In this document: piece after piece, positions 45,175-55,864 of the stretch
Layout: the number at the start of each line of letters is the position of its first letter
Position numbering within the stretch: the first letter of the stretch is position 1
Source of the DNA: Methanocaldococcus sp. 16A
GTDB lineage: Archaea > AGJL01 > Methanococci > Methanococcales > Methanocaldococcaceae
DNA: 64,000 bases
Direction: 5' to 3' (one strand)
NCBI GenBank assembly: GCA_049860595.1
Contig: CP187551.1
Program-made: the position numbers and the translations under genes
Notes under the pieces: model-generated
What the model saw: the letters and a program-made list of their open reading frames with translations, nothing else
Told to the model about the DNA's origin: nothing
Database searches by the model: none

Positions 45175-47517
45175 ATGTATATTGAACATCCACTAATAAA
45201 ACCAAAAACTTTAGAGGCAAGGTTGTATCAGCAGATTATAGCGGCAAATGCTTTAAAGATAAAAACTTTATGTGTTTTATCAACAGGTTTAGGGAAGACT
45301 GCTATTGCAATTTTGGTTATTGCAGGTATATTAACAAAAAAAGATGGGAAGGTTTTATTTTTAGCTCCTACAAGACCATTAGTAGAGCAACATTATAATA
45401 GGTTAAAAGAAGTTTTGAATATTGATGAAGACAAAATAATTGCTCTAACTGGAAAAATTCCTCCAAACAAAAGGGCTGAGCTTTATAAAAAGGGCAAAAT
45501 ATTTATTGCTACACCACAAGTTATAGAAAATGATATCATAGCTGGAAGAATAAATGTAGATGAGTTTGTTTTGTTAATAGCCGATGAAGCACACCACACA
45601 GTTGGAAACCACGCCTATGCCTTTGTAGCAAAAAAATTTAAAGATAAATGCCATGTTTTAGGATTAACAGCATCTCCTGGCTCAGATATAGATAAAGTAA
45701 TGGAAATTTGTGAAAACTTAGGAATTGAGCATATTGAAGTTAGAACTGAAGATGACGAAGATGTAAAGCCATACATTGCCAAGGTAAGGTTAATTCCTAT
45801 TAGAGTTGATTTGCCAGCTGAATTTAAAAAAGCATTAAAGTTAATAAATGAAGCATTAAAGGAGAGATTGAAGATATTAAAAGATTTTGGAGTTATAAAT
45901 TCTATTACTAATGTAACAAAAACAGAACTTATTGAGTTAAATTCTAAACTATTTTCTTATGATGAAGAGATTAGATATGAGCTTATAAGGGTTTGTTCGG
46001 AGGCTTTAAAGCTTATGCATGCCAAAGAGTTATTAGAGAGCCAAGGAAAGAATGTATTTTTAAGTTATATAAATAAACTATCCATGCAGAGAACAAAATC
46101 GGCTAAATCTATTGTTAATGATGAGAAAGTTAGGGAAGCAGTTTCTCTTTTAATGAAATCTAATGTTGAGCATCCAAAATTAAATAAAGTTGTTGATATG
46201 GTTAAAAATATTCTACAAAAAAATAAAGATGAAAGAATTATAATTTTTGCTCAATATAGAGATACTGTAGAGAAGATAGTTAATCTTTTAACTCAAAATG
46301 GGATTAAAGCAATAAGATTTATTGGTCAAGCAAATAAAGAAGGTAAAGGAATGACACAAAAACAACAAATAGAGGCAATAGAGAAATTTAAAAGAGAAGG
46401 TAGTGTTTTAGTATCAACAAGCGTTTCTGAAGAAGGGATTGACATTCCAACAGTAAATTATATTATATTTTACGAGCCAGTGCCTTCAGAAATTAGGCTT
46501 ATTCAGAGAAGAGGTAGAGCGATGAGAGGTAAAGGAGGGAAAGTTTATGTTTTAATAGCTAAGGGAACAGCTGATGAAGCATATTACAGAAGTGCTTTGT
46601 ATAAAGAGAGGGAGATGAAGAGATTATTAAAAAATATGTGCTATTTGATAAACAAAAGATTACAGAAAAAATTAGAAGAAAATGAAGAAAAATCTAAAGA
46701 GAAAATAGATATTGAAAATCTAACAAAGGAAAAAGATAAAATTGAAGAAAAAACTTCAATAGAAGAGAATAAAGAAGAAAATGAAAAAACTAAAAAGCCA
46801 GTAACGATATTGGACTTCATTAAACAGATAGAAACTAAAGAAAAATCAAAATTAGAAGAACGTAGAATAAACCAAGAACTAAAAATTACAAAAAAGCCAA
46901 TAAAAATTATTGTAGATGTTAGAGAAAAAAATATGGCTAAACTTTTACATAACTATGCTGATGTTGAGTTAAAAACCTTAGAAGTTGGAGATTATATTTT
47001 GAGTGATAGAGTAGTTGTTGAGAGAAAAACTGCTGATGACTTTGTAAATTCAATAATTGATAAGAGGTTATTTAACCAGTTAAAAAATTTAAAAAAGGTA
47101 GAAAAGCCATTGTTAATAATTGAGGGAGAAAACTTTAGTAGATTGCATGAAAATGCTATTAAAGGAGCTATTTTGTCAATAATCTTTGACTTTGGTATTC
47201 CAATATTATTTACAAAAAATGCTGAAGAAACTGCTGATTTATTAATAAAGATTGCAGAGAAAGAGCAAATAAAAGAGAAAAGAGCTGTTATGGTAAGATA
47301 TGGAAAAACCACTATGAGCTTAAAAGAACAGCAAAAATTCATCGTTGAGAGTTTGCCAGATGTTGGTGGAGCTTTAGCTGAGAGGTTGTTAAAGCACTTT
47401 AAAACCGTTGAAAATGTATTTACAGCAAAAGAAGAGGAATTAATGAAAGTTGAAGGTGTTGGAAAAGAGAGAGCTAAGAAGATTAGAGAAGTTTTAACAG
47501 CAAAATATGAGGGATAA
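45175..47517 (+). CDS. hef: Hef helicase/nuclease (FANCM/XPF-like)
   Basis: TGLGKT, DEAH, QRRGR, ERCC4 GDY...ERKTADD and HhH motifs. Confidence 0.95.
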   Translation: MYIEHPLIKPKTLEARLYQQIIAANALKIKTLCVLSTGLGKTAIAILVIAGILTKKDGKVLFLAPTRPLVEQHYNRLKEVLNIDEDKIIALTGKIPPNKRAELYKKGKIFIATPQVIENDIIAGRINVDEFVLLIADEAHHTVGNHAYAFVAKKFKDKCHVLGLTASPGSDIDKVMEICENLGIEHIEVRTEDDEDVKPYIAKVRLIPIRVDLPAEFKKALKLINEALKERLKILKDFGVINSITNVTKTELIELNSKLFSYDEEIRYELIRVCSEALKLMHAKELLESQGKNVFLSYINKLSMQRTKSAKSIVNDEKVREAVSLLMKSNVEHPKLNKVVDMVKNILQKNKDERIIIFAQYRDTVEKIVNLLTQNGIKAIRFIGQANKEGKGMTQKQQIEAIEKFKREGSVLVSTSVSEEGIDIPTVNYIIFYEPVPSEIRLIQRRGRAMRGKGGKVYVLIAKGTADEAYYRSALYKEREMKRLLKNMCYLINKRLQKKLEENEEKSKEKIDIENLTKEKDKIEEKTSIEENKEENEKTKKPVTILDFIKQIETKEKSKLEERRINQELKITKKPIKIIVDVREKNMAKLLHNYADVELKTLEVGDYILSDRVVVERKTADDFVNSIIDKRLFNQLKNLKKVEKPLLIIEGENFSRLHENAIKGAILSIIFDFGIPILFTKNAEETADLLIKIAEKEQIKEKRAVMVRYGKTTMSLKEQQKFIVESLPDVGGALAERLLKHFKTVENVFTAKEEELMKVEGVGKERAKKIREVLTAKYEG

Positions 47518-47518
47518 A

Positions 47519-48619
47519 ATGAAACTCTCAATAATTTTAGGGACGAGACCAGAGATTATAAAACTCTCACCAATCATTAGAGAATTGGAAAATAAAGATT
47601 TAGATTGGCACATTATTCATACCAATCAACATTATTCCGAAAATATGGATAAAATATTTTTTGAGGAGCTAAATTTACCAAAACCAAAATATAATTTAAA
47701 TGTAGGCTCTGGAACACATGCTCAACAAACAGGAAAGATGTTAATAGGAATAGAAGATGTTCTTTTAAAAGAAAATCCTGATATTGTTATAGTTCAGGGG
47801 GATACAAATACTACACTGGCAGGGGCATTGGTAGCATCAAAATTAAAAATAAATATAGCTCATGTTGAAGCTGGATTAAGGAGTTTTGACAGAAACATGC
47901 CTGAAGAAATAAATAGAGTTTTAACTGACCATATTAGCGATTATCTTTTTGCCCCTACAGAAATAGCTAAAAATAATTTATTAAGAGAAGGTATTGAAGA
48001 GAATAAAATATTTGTTGTTGGAAATACTATTGTTGATGCCACCTTACAAAATTTAAAAATTGCTGAAAAAAATGAAAATGCTACAGCTTTTTTTAATAGT
48101 ATTATTGATGATGATTATTTTCTTTTAACTTTACATAGGGCTGAAAATGTTGATAATAAAAAAAGGTTAAAAAATATCATAGATGGTATATTTAAGATAG
48201 CTGAAATATATAATAAAGATATTATCTTTCCAATCCATCCGAGAACTAAGAAAAGACTTAAGGAGTTTAATTTATTTGATAAATTAAAAAGTAATAATAA
48301 AATAAAAATTATTGAGCCAGTTGGTTATTTGGAATTTTTAATGTTAGAGAAAAATGCTGATTTGATTTTAACGGATAGCGGTGGAGTTCAAGAAGAAGCT
48401 TGTATATTAAAAACTCCATGTATAACTTTGAGAGATAATACAGAAAGACCTGAAACCGTGGAAGTTGGCGCTAATATATTAGTTGGAGATAATAAAGAAA
48501 AGCTAATTAAAGCAGTAGAAATAATGCTTAATAAAGAGAGAAATTGGGAAAATCCGTTTGGAGATGGGAATAGTGGAAAGAGAATTATTAAAATTCTTAT
48601 GAAAAGTATTAAAAGATAA
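47519..48619 (+). CDS. wecB: UDP-GlcNAc 2-epimerase (non-hydrolysing)
   Basis: GTRPEIIK, QGDT, HVEAGLRS and DSGGVQEEA motifs. Confidence 0.95.
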   Translation: MKLSIILGTRPEIIKLSPIIRELENKDLDWHIIHTNQHYSENMDKIFFEELNLPKPKYNLNVGSGTHAQQTGKMLIGIEDVLLKENPDIVIVQGDTNTTLAGALVASKLKINIAHVEAGLRSFDRNMPEEINRVLTDHISDYLFAPTEIAKNNLLREGIEENKIFVVGNTIVDATLQNLKIAEKNENATAFFNSIIDDDYFLLTLHRAENVDNKKRLKNIIDGIFKIAEIYNKDIIFPIHPRTKKRLKEFNLFDKLKSNNKIKIIEPVGYLEFLMLEKNADLILTDSGGVQEEACILKTPCITLRDNTERPETVEVGANILVGDNKEKLIKAVEIMLNKERNWENPFGDGNSGKRIIKILMKSIKR

Positions 48620-48678
48620 TCTTTAAATATAAGGATATAGTTAGTTAATGTCAATGCCACAACCATGAAGGTGATAAC

Positions 48679-49074
48679 ATGAGCAAACTTTTATTAAAAA
48701 CACCATGCACAACGTGGACATTTGATAGTTTAATGGCATGTGTTTTTGGTATAAAAGTTTCTGATGTTAAAGTGTATTTTGATATTTTAAAAAACGGACC
48801 ATCAAAAATAAATGATATTGCTGAGAGAATTAACAGAGATAGAAGTACAGTTCAAAGGTCTGTCCAAAATTTAATGAATGCAGGTTTAGTTAAAAGAAAG
48901 CAGGTAAATATAAAAGATGGAGGATATTACTATATTTACGAGGCAATTCCATTTGAAGAAACAAAAAAGATAATAAAAGAGACAATGGAAGAGTGGTGCA
49001 ACAGTATGAAAAAATGGGTTGATGAGCTGGAATTTGAAGATGTTGTTAAGGAATATTTAGAAAATATAGAATAA
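48679..49074 (+). CDS. TrmB/MarR-like wHTH transcription regulator (COG3355-like)
   Basis: HTH DIAERINRDRSTVQRSVQNL and wing GGYYYIY. Confidence 0.82.
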   Translation: MSKLLLKTPCTTWTFDSLMACVFGIKVSDVKVYFDILKNGPSKINDIAERINRDRSTVQRSVQNLMNAGLVKRKQVNIKDGGYYYIYEAIPFEETKKIIKETMEEWCNSMKKWVDELEFEDVVKEYLENIE

Positions 49075-49086
49075 TGGATGATTATT

Positions 49087-50040
49087 ATGAAATTGGTATT
49101 CTTAGGAACTGGAGCTGCAGTTCCATCAAAAAATAGGAATCATATTGGAATAGCATTTAAATTTGGTGGAGAGGTTTTTTTATTTGATTGTGGTGAAAAT
49201 ATTCAAAGACAGATGCTTTTTACTGAAGTATCTCCAATGAAAATTAATCATATATTTATAACACATCTACATGGAGACCATATATTGGGTATTCCTGGAC
49301 TTTTACAGAGTATGGGATTTTTTGGAAGAAATAAGGAAATTAATATATTTGGTCCTGAAGGAACAAAGGATATTATTGAGAGCTCATTAAAGCTTGGAAC
49401 TCATTATATAGAATTTCCAATAAAAGTTTATGAGATTTCTGCCAAAAAACCCATAAATATTTATCAGCAAGAAAATTATGAGATAATTGCCTATCCTACT
49501 GAACATGGCATTCCTTCTTACGCTTATATATTTAAAGAAATTAAAAAACCTCGTTTAGATATTGAGAAAGCTAAAAAGCTTGGAGTTAAAATAGGGCCAG
49601 ATTTAAAAAAACTAAAAAATGGAGAAGCAGTTAAAAATATCTATGGAGAAATTATAAAACCAGAAGATGTTTTATTACCTCCAAAAAAAGGATTTTGTTT
49701 AGCTTACAGTGGAGATACTCTCCCATTGGAAGATTTTGGAAAATATTTAAATGAATTAGGATGTGATGTATTAATTCACGAAGCAACATTTGATGATTCA
49801 GCCAAAGATATTGCCAAAGAGAATATGCATTCAACAATTGGAGATGCTGTAAATATAGCTAAATTGGCAAATGTTAAGGCGTTAATTTTAACTCATATTT
49901 CAGCAAGGTATGATAAGGAGGAATATTTCAACTTATATAAAATGAACGTTAAACAGTATAATGAGAGCTTTAAAATTATTATCAGCGAAGATTTAAAATC
50001 TTATGATATAAAAAAGGATATTTTAGAGGTGAAAAAATGA
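49087..50040 (+). CDS. rnz: Ribonuclease Z
   Basis: HLHGDH, flexible arm (GP), SGDT, HEATF and THISARY motifs. Confidence 0.96.
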   Translation: MKLVFLGTGAAVPSKNRNHIGIAFKFGGEVFLFDCGENIQRQMLFTEVSPMKINHIFITHLHGDHILGIPGLLQSMGFFGRNKEINIFGPEGTKDIIESSLKLGTHYIEFPIKVYEISAKKPINIYQQENYEIIAYPTEHGIPSYAYIFKEIKKPRLDIEKAKKLGVKIGPDLKKLKNGEAVKNIYGEIIKPEDVLLPPKKGFCLAYSGDTLPLEDFGKYLNELGCDVLIHEATFDDSAKDIAKENMHSTIGDAVNIAKLANVKALILTHISARYDKEEYFNLYKMNVKQYNESFKIIISEDLKSYDIKKDILEVKK

Positions 50041-50708
50041 AAGTAGCTATATTGGGAGGTACTGGAGACCAAGGATTTGGTTTAGCTTTAAGATTGGCTA
50101 AAAACAATAAGATAATAATTGGTTCAAGGAAAAAAGAAAAAGCAGAAGAAGCAGCTAAAAGAGCTAAAGAGATATTAAAGCAGAGAGGTATTGAGGCTGA
50201 TATCATTGGATTAGAGAACAAAGATGCAGCAAAAGAGGGAGATGTTGTTATTCTATCTTTACCTTATGAACACACTCTATCAACAATAAAACAGTTGAAA
50301 GAAGAACTAAAGGGGAAGATAGTAGTCTCTATTGGCGTTCCTTTGGCAACAGCTATTGGAGATAAACCAACAAGATTATTGTTTCCACCAGATGGCTCTG
50401 TTGCTGAAATGGTTCAGAATGTATTAAAAGAAAGTAAAGTAGTTAGTGCATTTCAAAATGTTTGTCATGCTGTTTTAGAAGATTTAGATAATCCTGTTGA
50501 TTGCGATATCTTAGTTTGTGGAAATGATGAAGAAGCAAAAAAGGTAGTCATTGATTTAGCCAACCAAATTGATGGTGTTAGAGCAATTGATTGTGGTAAT
50601 TTAGAAAAATCAAGGATTATAGAGGCAATAACTCCATTACTAATTGGATTAAATATAAAATATAAGTCAAAAGGGACTGGAATTAGAATAACTAATTTAG
50701 ATATTTAA
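50037..50708 (+). CDS. npdG: F420H2:NADP oxidoreductase
   Basis: GGTGDQG, IGSR, GSVAE and SAFQNV motifs. Confidence 0.94.
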   Translation: MKVAILGGTGDQGFGLALRLAKNNKIIIGSRKKEKAEEAAKRAKEILKQRGIEADIIGLENKDAAKEGDVVILSLPYEHTLSTIKQLKEELKGKIVVSIGVPLATAIGDKPTRLLFPPDGSVAEMVQNVLKESKVVSAFQNVCHAVLEDLDNPVDCDILVCGNDEEAKKVVIDLANQIDGVRAIDCGNLEKSRIIEAITPLLIGLNIKYKSKGTGIRITNLDI

Positions 50709-50715
50709 TAGGACT

Positions 50716-51750
50716 TTAACTTAATATCAGTTCTGTAAGTTTTTCTATTTTTTTAATTCCTATGTTAAAATCATTTAAATTTAAATACTCTTCTTTAGAA
50801 TGTGCAAGCTCTAATTTTCCTACACCATAAATAATAGTATCAGCGTTTAAAAATTTGTTGAAGTAATATGCTTCACAGGTGGCATTGAAAAATGATATTT
50901 CAAACTCTTTAGATAATTTATCTATTAGTTCTTTATTTTCAAGCATATAGAAATCTGCATAATGTCTTCCCGAATTTAATCCACTTTTTATATGCTTTGA
51001 ATATTTTTTTTGAGATAAAAAGTTGTCTATCTTTTTTATTATATCCTTCTCAACACTCCTAACATCAAATAAGACATAAGCATAATCTGGGATAATATTG
51101 CTTTGAATTCCACCATTTATTATTGTTGGAGTTATTGAAGAACTGTAAATTTTATCAACTTTAATCTTTTTTAAAGGGAGATTTTTTAAATCTAAAATAA
51201 CATAACTCAAAATTTCTATTGGATTTATGCAGTTAGATGATGAAGCATGCCTCGCTTTACCAAAACTTTCTACAATGTATTCAAACCTTCCTTTATGCCC
51301 AATACAAACTTTTAAATCAGTTGGCTCACCAACTATGCATTTAATATCTTTTTTAGTTTTATATTTATCCTTCAAATGTTGGCAAAAATTATAAATACCA
51401 TTTGATTCTTTTTCTTCATCAGGAGAGATAACTAATAATGATTTATCAGTGTTTAAAAAAGCATGAATCATTAAAACAACATTTCCCTTGGCATCTATAA
51501 CTCCAGTTCCATAAAAGTTATTTTCATCTTTTTTAAAATTTGATTGAACTTTTACAGTGTCTATATGTGAATTTAATATCAAATCAAAGTTTTCTTTTTC
51601 TTTATAAGCTACAAAACATCCCTCAATGATAGTATTTTTTATTCCTAAGTCATTGAAAAGATTGGACAAATATTTAAATGCCTTTTTAACACCAATTCTA
51701 TTGTCAGTTTTGATTTTTACTAAATCCTCTAAGATTGTTAAATAATCCAT
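50716..51750 (-). CDS. M20-family metallopeptidase/deacylase
   Basis: SHIDTV, DAKG, DEE, GEPT and AHSKEE motifs. Confidence 0.88.
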   Translation of the reverse strand: MDYLTILEDLVKIKTDNRIGVKKAFKYLSNLFNDLGIKNTIIEGCFVAYKEKENFDLILNSHIDTVKVQSNFKKDENNFYGTGVIDAKGNVVLMIHAFLNTDKSLLVISPDEEKESNGIYNFCQHLKDKYKTKKDIKCIVGEPTDLKVCIGHKGRFEYIVESFGKARHASSSNCINPIEILSYVILDLKNLPLKKIKVDKIYSSSITPTIINGGIQSNIIPDYAYVLFDVRSVEKDIIKKIDNFLSQKKYSKHIKSGLNSGRHYADFYMLENKELIDKLSKEFEISFFNATCEAYYFNKFLNADTIIYGVGKLELAHSKEEYLNLNDFNIGIKKIEKLTELILS

Positions 51751-51755
51751 AATTA

Positions 51756-52100
51756 TCATCTCATAAATTCTACTTTTTCCCCAACAAGTTTATCTAAGCT
51801 GATATCTATACACTTAAATTCAAGCATTGCCGTTGAGTAATTTTTGCATTTGTATGTTTTCCATGGCTTTAATCTTACTGCTTCCACTACTTTATTTTCA
51901 TCAATAAAAAGTACATCAATGGGATAAAGCATAAAGAAAGTATGCATAGATATCTTTCTTCTTTTGTATAGGAATAGCATGGCTTCATCTCCAATATCCC
52001 TAAGCATTAAACCAAAAGCTCTTTTGATAAAATTATCGGCTAATATTACTTCAAATTCTAACTCTCCAACTTTAACTTTTTTAATTTTTTTATTTTGCAT
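51756..52100 (-). CDS. DUF192-family protein
   Basis: [12 protein letters not shown] and [11 protein letters not shown] motifs; start 52100 overlaps the upstream stop. Confidence 0.85.
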   Translation of the reverse strand: MQNKKIKKVKVGELEFEVILADNFIKRAFGLMLRDIGDEAMLFLYKRRKISMHTFFMLYPIDVLFIDENKVVEAVRLKPWKTYKCKNYSTAMLEFKCIDISLDKLVGEKVEFMR

Positions 52101-52926
52101 TCTCTCCCTTATCTTTTTTACCATATGGAACAGGAATATAATAGACAGATGGCTTTGCTCCCATAGGTTGTGGATAAAGCTCCAATAACTCATAAACCTT
52201 TCTTGGGACATTTGTATTAACTTCAATTCCAAGTTCTTTTAATTTATTAACTGTTAAAGGATAATCATGAGTCCATCTTCCCTCAGTAAGTTTTTTTGCA
52301 ATATCTTTAGCTTTTTCATCTCCATATTTATCTTTCAACAACTCATAAACAAATTCTTCCATCTGTTTAATTGCTTTCTTTGATATATCAACCAATATTA
52401 ATGTCTCATCATCTACCTTATCCCCTTTCTTATAGTATGCTTCAAGAATCGAGGCAGCTGGATATTGCCCAATTTGAGGGTCTACTGGCCCCATTACAGC
52501 ATTTTTATCCATAATTATTTCATCTGCAGCTAAAGCTATTAGAGAGCCACCACTCATAGCATAATGTGGAATTATAACTGTTGTTTTTGCTTTATGTTCT
52601 TTTAAAGCTAAGGCAATTTGCTCACTCGCTAAAGCTAAACCTCCAGGTGTATGGATGATTAAATCAATAGGCATATCTTCTGGTGTTAATCTTATAGCCC
52701 TCAAAATCTCTTCACTATCTTCAATAGTGATAAATTTGTATATTGGAATTCCTAAGAATGTTAAAGCTTCTTGTCTATGTATCATAGCTATAACTCTACT
52801 TTTTCTTTCTCTCTCTATTTCCCTTATACATCTCAACCTTCTCATTATCCTATATCTCATCATCATCTCTGGATAAATAAACAATAGGAATATGAATAAG
52901 AAGAAAAATATATCCATGGATGTCAT
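52090..52926 (-). CDS. SDH_sah ClpP-fold membrane-anchored serine protease
   Basis: N-terminal TM, HTPGG, AMSGGS, GPVDPQ and WTHD motifs. Confidence 0.9.
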   Translation of the reverse strand: MTSMDIFFFLFIFLLFIYPEMMMRYRIMRRLRCIREIERERKSRVIAMIHRQEALTFLGIPIYKFITIEDSEEILRAIRLTPEDMPIDLIIHTPGGLALASEQIALALKEHKAKTTVIIPHYAMSGGSLIALAADEIIMDKNAVMGPVDPQIGQYPAASILEAYYKKGDKVDDETLILVDISKKAIKQMEEFVYELLKDKYGDEKAKDIAKKLTEGRWTHDYPLTVNKLKELGIEVNTNVPRKVYELLELYPQPMGAKPSVYYIPVPYGKKDKGENAK

Positions 52927-53060
52927 TCCATCCCCCTATATTTTTGGTATAGTCGATTATAAATGCCTAATAAAGTAAAGTATTAATATCACTTCATGGA
53001 TATAAATATAGTTGCCTTATTATTATCATCAGTTATCATCATTTAAATTGGTGAGATATT

Positions 53061-54176
53061 ATGAGTAAAATTGGATTAAATCCAATAAAAATAAAATCTT
53101 TTTCAAAGATTAAAACTTATGATGATACATTACCATCATTGAAGTATGTTGTATTAGAGCCTGCGGGATTCCCAATTAGGGTTAGTAGCGAGAACGTTAA
53201 GGTTTCTACTGATGACCCTATATTATTTAACATCTATGCGAGAGACCAGTGGATTGGCGAGATTGTTAAAGAGGGAGATTACTTATTTGATAACTCAATC
53301 CTTCCAGATTACGCTTTCAAAGTTATCTCAACTTATCCAAAAGAGGGAGGAATGATTACAAGTGAAACAGTATTTAAACTTCAAACTCCTAAGAAAGTTC
53401 TTAGAACACAGTTTAAAAAAGCTAAGTTCAGCGAGATTATTGGGCAGGAAGAGGCAAAGAAAAAATGTAGAATTATTATGAAGTATTTAGAAAATCCAAA
53501 GCTCTTTGGAGAATGGGCTCCAAAGAATGTTTTATTCTATGGTCCTCCAGGAACTGGAAAGACATTAATGGCAAGAGCTTTAGCTACAGAAACAAATTCA
53601 TCATTCATATTAGTAAAAGCTCCAGAGCTTATTGGAGAACATGTAGGAGATGCCTCTAAAATGATTAGGGAGTTGTATCAAAGAGCTTCTGAAAGCGCTC
53701 CATGTATTGTGTTTATTGATGAGTTAGATGCAATAGGGCTTAGTAGAGAGTACCAATCATTAAGAGGAGATGTTTCTGAGGTTGTTAATGCTTTATTAAC
53801 AGAATTAGACGGAATTAAAGAAAATGAAGGAGTTGTAACTATAGCAGCAACAAACAACCCTGCAATGTTAGACCCAGCAATTAGAAGTAGATTTGAGGAA
53901 GAGATTGAGTTCAAATTACCAAATGATGAAGAAAGATTGAAAATTATGGAATTATATGCTAAAAAAATGCCTATTCCTGTTAAAGCTAACTTAAAAGAAT
54001 TTGTTGAAAAAACCAAAGGATTTAGTGGTAGAGACATTAAGGAGAAATTCTTGAAACCAGCACTACATAGAGCGATATTAGAAGATAGAGATTATGTTAG
54101 TAAAGAAGATTTAGAATGGGCTTTAAAGAAGATTGTAAGTAATAGAAGAGATGCTCCACAGCATCTCTACCTTTAA
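53061..54176 (+). CDS. AMA-type AAA+ ATPase (COG1223)
   Basis: GFP beta-clam N-domain, GPPGTGKT, FIDE, SRH with RSRF, C-terminal HbYX (LYL). Confidence 0.9.
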   Translation: MSKIGLNPIKIKSFSKIKTYDDTLPSLKYVVLEPAGFPIRVSSENVKVSTDDPILFNIYARDQWIGEIVKEGDYLFDNSILPDYAFKVISTYPKEGGMITSETVFKLQTPKKVLRTQFKKAKFSEIIGQEEAKKKCRIIMKYLENPKLFGEWAPKNVLFYGPPGTGKTLMARALATETNSSFILVKAPELIGEHVGDASKMIRELYQRASESAPCIVFIDELDAIGLSREYQSLRGDVSEVVNALLTELDGIKENEGVVTIAATNNPAMLDPAIRSRFEEEIEFKLPNDEERLKIMELYAKKMPIPVKANLKEFVEKTKGFSGRDIKEKFLKPALHRAILEDRDYVSKEDLEWALKKIVSNRRDAPQHLYL

Positions 54177-54856
54177 TCCATATAATCAAAGTAATTGTCA
54201 TAATGAATAATTAAATAATCTCCTACAATCCACAACTCTTTTTTATGCTTTCTATATAAATTTATAAGCTTTTTTATAATTTCTTTGTTATCTCTTTTAA
54301 ATATTTCATCCAATATTATAGTTAATGCCTCAATAACATTAGAATTATTAAAATCTAAATCTGCTTTTATCATTTCATCAATAACCTTTATTAATTCCTC
54401 ATCATCAGCATTTTTGACAAACTGATTCCGTAAGAATGATTTAAATGTGTGAATATTCTTTTTTTCTAATGGAATTAGCTTTATTAAACCAATGGCTTTA
54501 TTTAATAAACTATCTATATCTAAAAACTCACCCCATAGGTAATGTTTAATAACTAAATTTTTTAAAATTTCTAAAATCTCATCTTTACTTTTATTTTCTA
54601 ATTGTTTGAAGATTTCTTCTGCATCTACATAGTTGTTGTTTTTGTATGCCTCAATTAAAGCATAAGCATGTTTGCAGTTATATTTGTATTGGCATGAGCA
54701 AGAGCCAAAGTAATTGTTTAAATCAACTTTAACTCTATATACATCAGAGCCTATAACTTCTCCAAATAAAAAATTTTTATACTTTATACAGTATTTTACC
54801 AAATTGTTTTTATAATATAATTTCCCTCTTTCTATTATTTTTGGGTCATAATTCAT
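54173..54856 (-). CDS. SWIM zinc finger protein
   Basis: ERGKLYY and CSC-x5-CKH motifs. Confidence 0.85.
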   Translation of the reverse strand: MNYDPKIIERGKLYYKNNLVKYCIKYKNFLFGEVIGSDVYRVKVDLNNYFGSCSCQYKYNCKHAYALIEAYKNNNYVDAEEIFKQLENKSKDEILEILKNLVIKHYLWGEFLDIDSLLNKAIGLIKLIPLEKKNIHTFKSFLRNQFVKNADDEELIKVIDEMIKADLDFNNSNVIEALTIILDEIFKRDNKEIIKKLINLYRKHKKELWIVGDYLIIHYDNYFDYMD

Positions 54857-54880
54857 TTTATCTCCTTAATTTTTTATTTT

Positions 54881-55354
54881 TCAATTTTTTTTTTGGAAAT
54901 ATTTTAAAAACACTGGAAGAATATAAAAAACACTAACAAATCCTGCAATAAAGCCAGTTATAAATCTCAACTCATTAAAGCTTTCTCTTAAACCTATTAA
55001 TTGGGTAGTTCCATCAATTGCCATAGGGATTAGAGATATAATTAAATATTTTTTATGTGGGAGTTTAAAGTCATTTAATTTCTTTATAAAAGGATATATT
55101 AACATCCCTATCAAAACTCCTGTATATATACCAAAACACCTTGCACAAACGGCCATTTTATATCCAAAAATAAAATAGCTTCTTTGTGGAAGTTGATGAC
55201 ATATTGGAGAATATACAGAATATAAGAAAATAGAAATTATCTTAAAAATTTGTGAATGCTCTCCTAAATATGCAGTATAGGGTGCTAAAAAAATTCCAAT
55301 GTAAAAAATTAAAAATAGAAATAAAAAAATGAGATAAACGTTATATAACTTCAT
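54881..55354 (-). CDS. DUF2085 membrane protein
   Basis: CHQLPQRS, VCARCFGIY, DGTTQ and LRFITG motifs. Confidence 0.85.
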   Translation of the reverse strand: MKLYNVYLIFLFLFLIFYIGIFLAPYTAYLGEHSQIFKIISIFLYSVYSPICHQLPQRSYFIFGYKMAVCARCFGIYTGVLIGMLIYPFIKKLNDFKLPHKKYLIISLIPMAIDGTTQLIGLRESFNELRFITGFIAGFVSVFYILPVFLKYFQKKN

Positions 55355-55380
55355 TTTCTTACCTTATGCGTAATATAACT

Positions 55381-55755
55381 TTATCTATTCTTTATTACAA
55401 CATATAATACTCCACCAATTGCCCCGATTATAGCTCCAACAATAATTCCAGCGATTAATCCAATAATCCAAAAGGTTCCAATAAAAAATTTTTCCATCAT
55501 AGCTGTTTTAAATAATAAAGTTGAGCTTAATACGATGTTTAATATAGTGGCTAATATTCCCCCTATAACACCACTAATTGCTCCAACAAGACCACAACTT
55601 TCGTAATCCAACCTACCCCCTGCCTCAACATAAAGATGAGCCGCTATTGCTCCCCCAACAATATAACCCAAACAACAAATAACTCCTAATATTGTATTAA
55701 TAATCCCCCCAATAATTGAAGGATTTAACATTTTTTCTTTATCAAATTCTACCAT
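55381..55755 (-). CDS. Gly-rich small membrane protein (DUF5518-like)
   Basis: Hydrophobic GxxxG-rich helices; family assignment tentative. Confidence 0.6.
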   Translation of the reverse strand: MVEFDKEKMLNPSIIGGIINTILGVICCLGYIVGGAIAAHLYVEAGGRLDYESCGLVGAISGVIGGILATILNIVLSSTLLFKTAMMEKFFIGTFWIIGLIAGIIVGAIIGAIGGVLYVVIKNR

Positions 55756-55864
55756 TATTTACCCCCTCTCTTTAAAGTTTGGTAATATTATGTTTATGTA
55801 TTACCCTATATATATCTATATTATTTTCATAAATTTACTTTAAAATTTAAAAAAGAATAGTAAA

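Noticed and set aside
53020-53046. Minus-strand AUGAUGA-taa-CUGA resembling C/D boxes
   Set aside because: No room for guide sequences; better explained as a short tandem repeat (ttatcatca)
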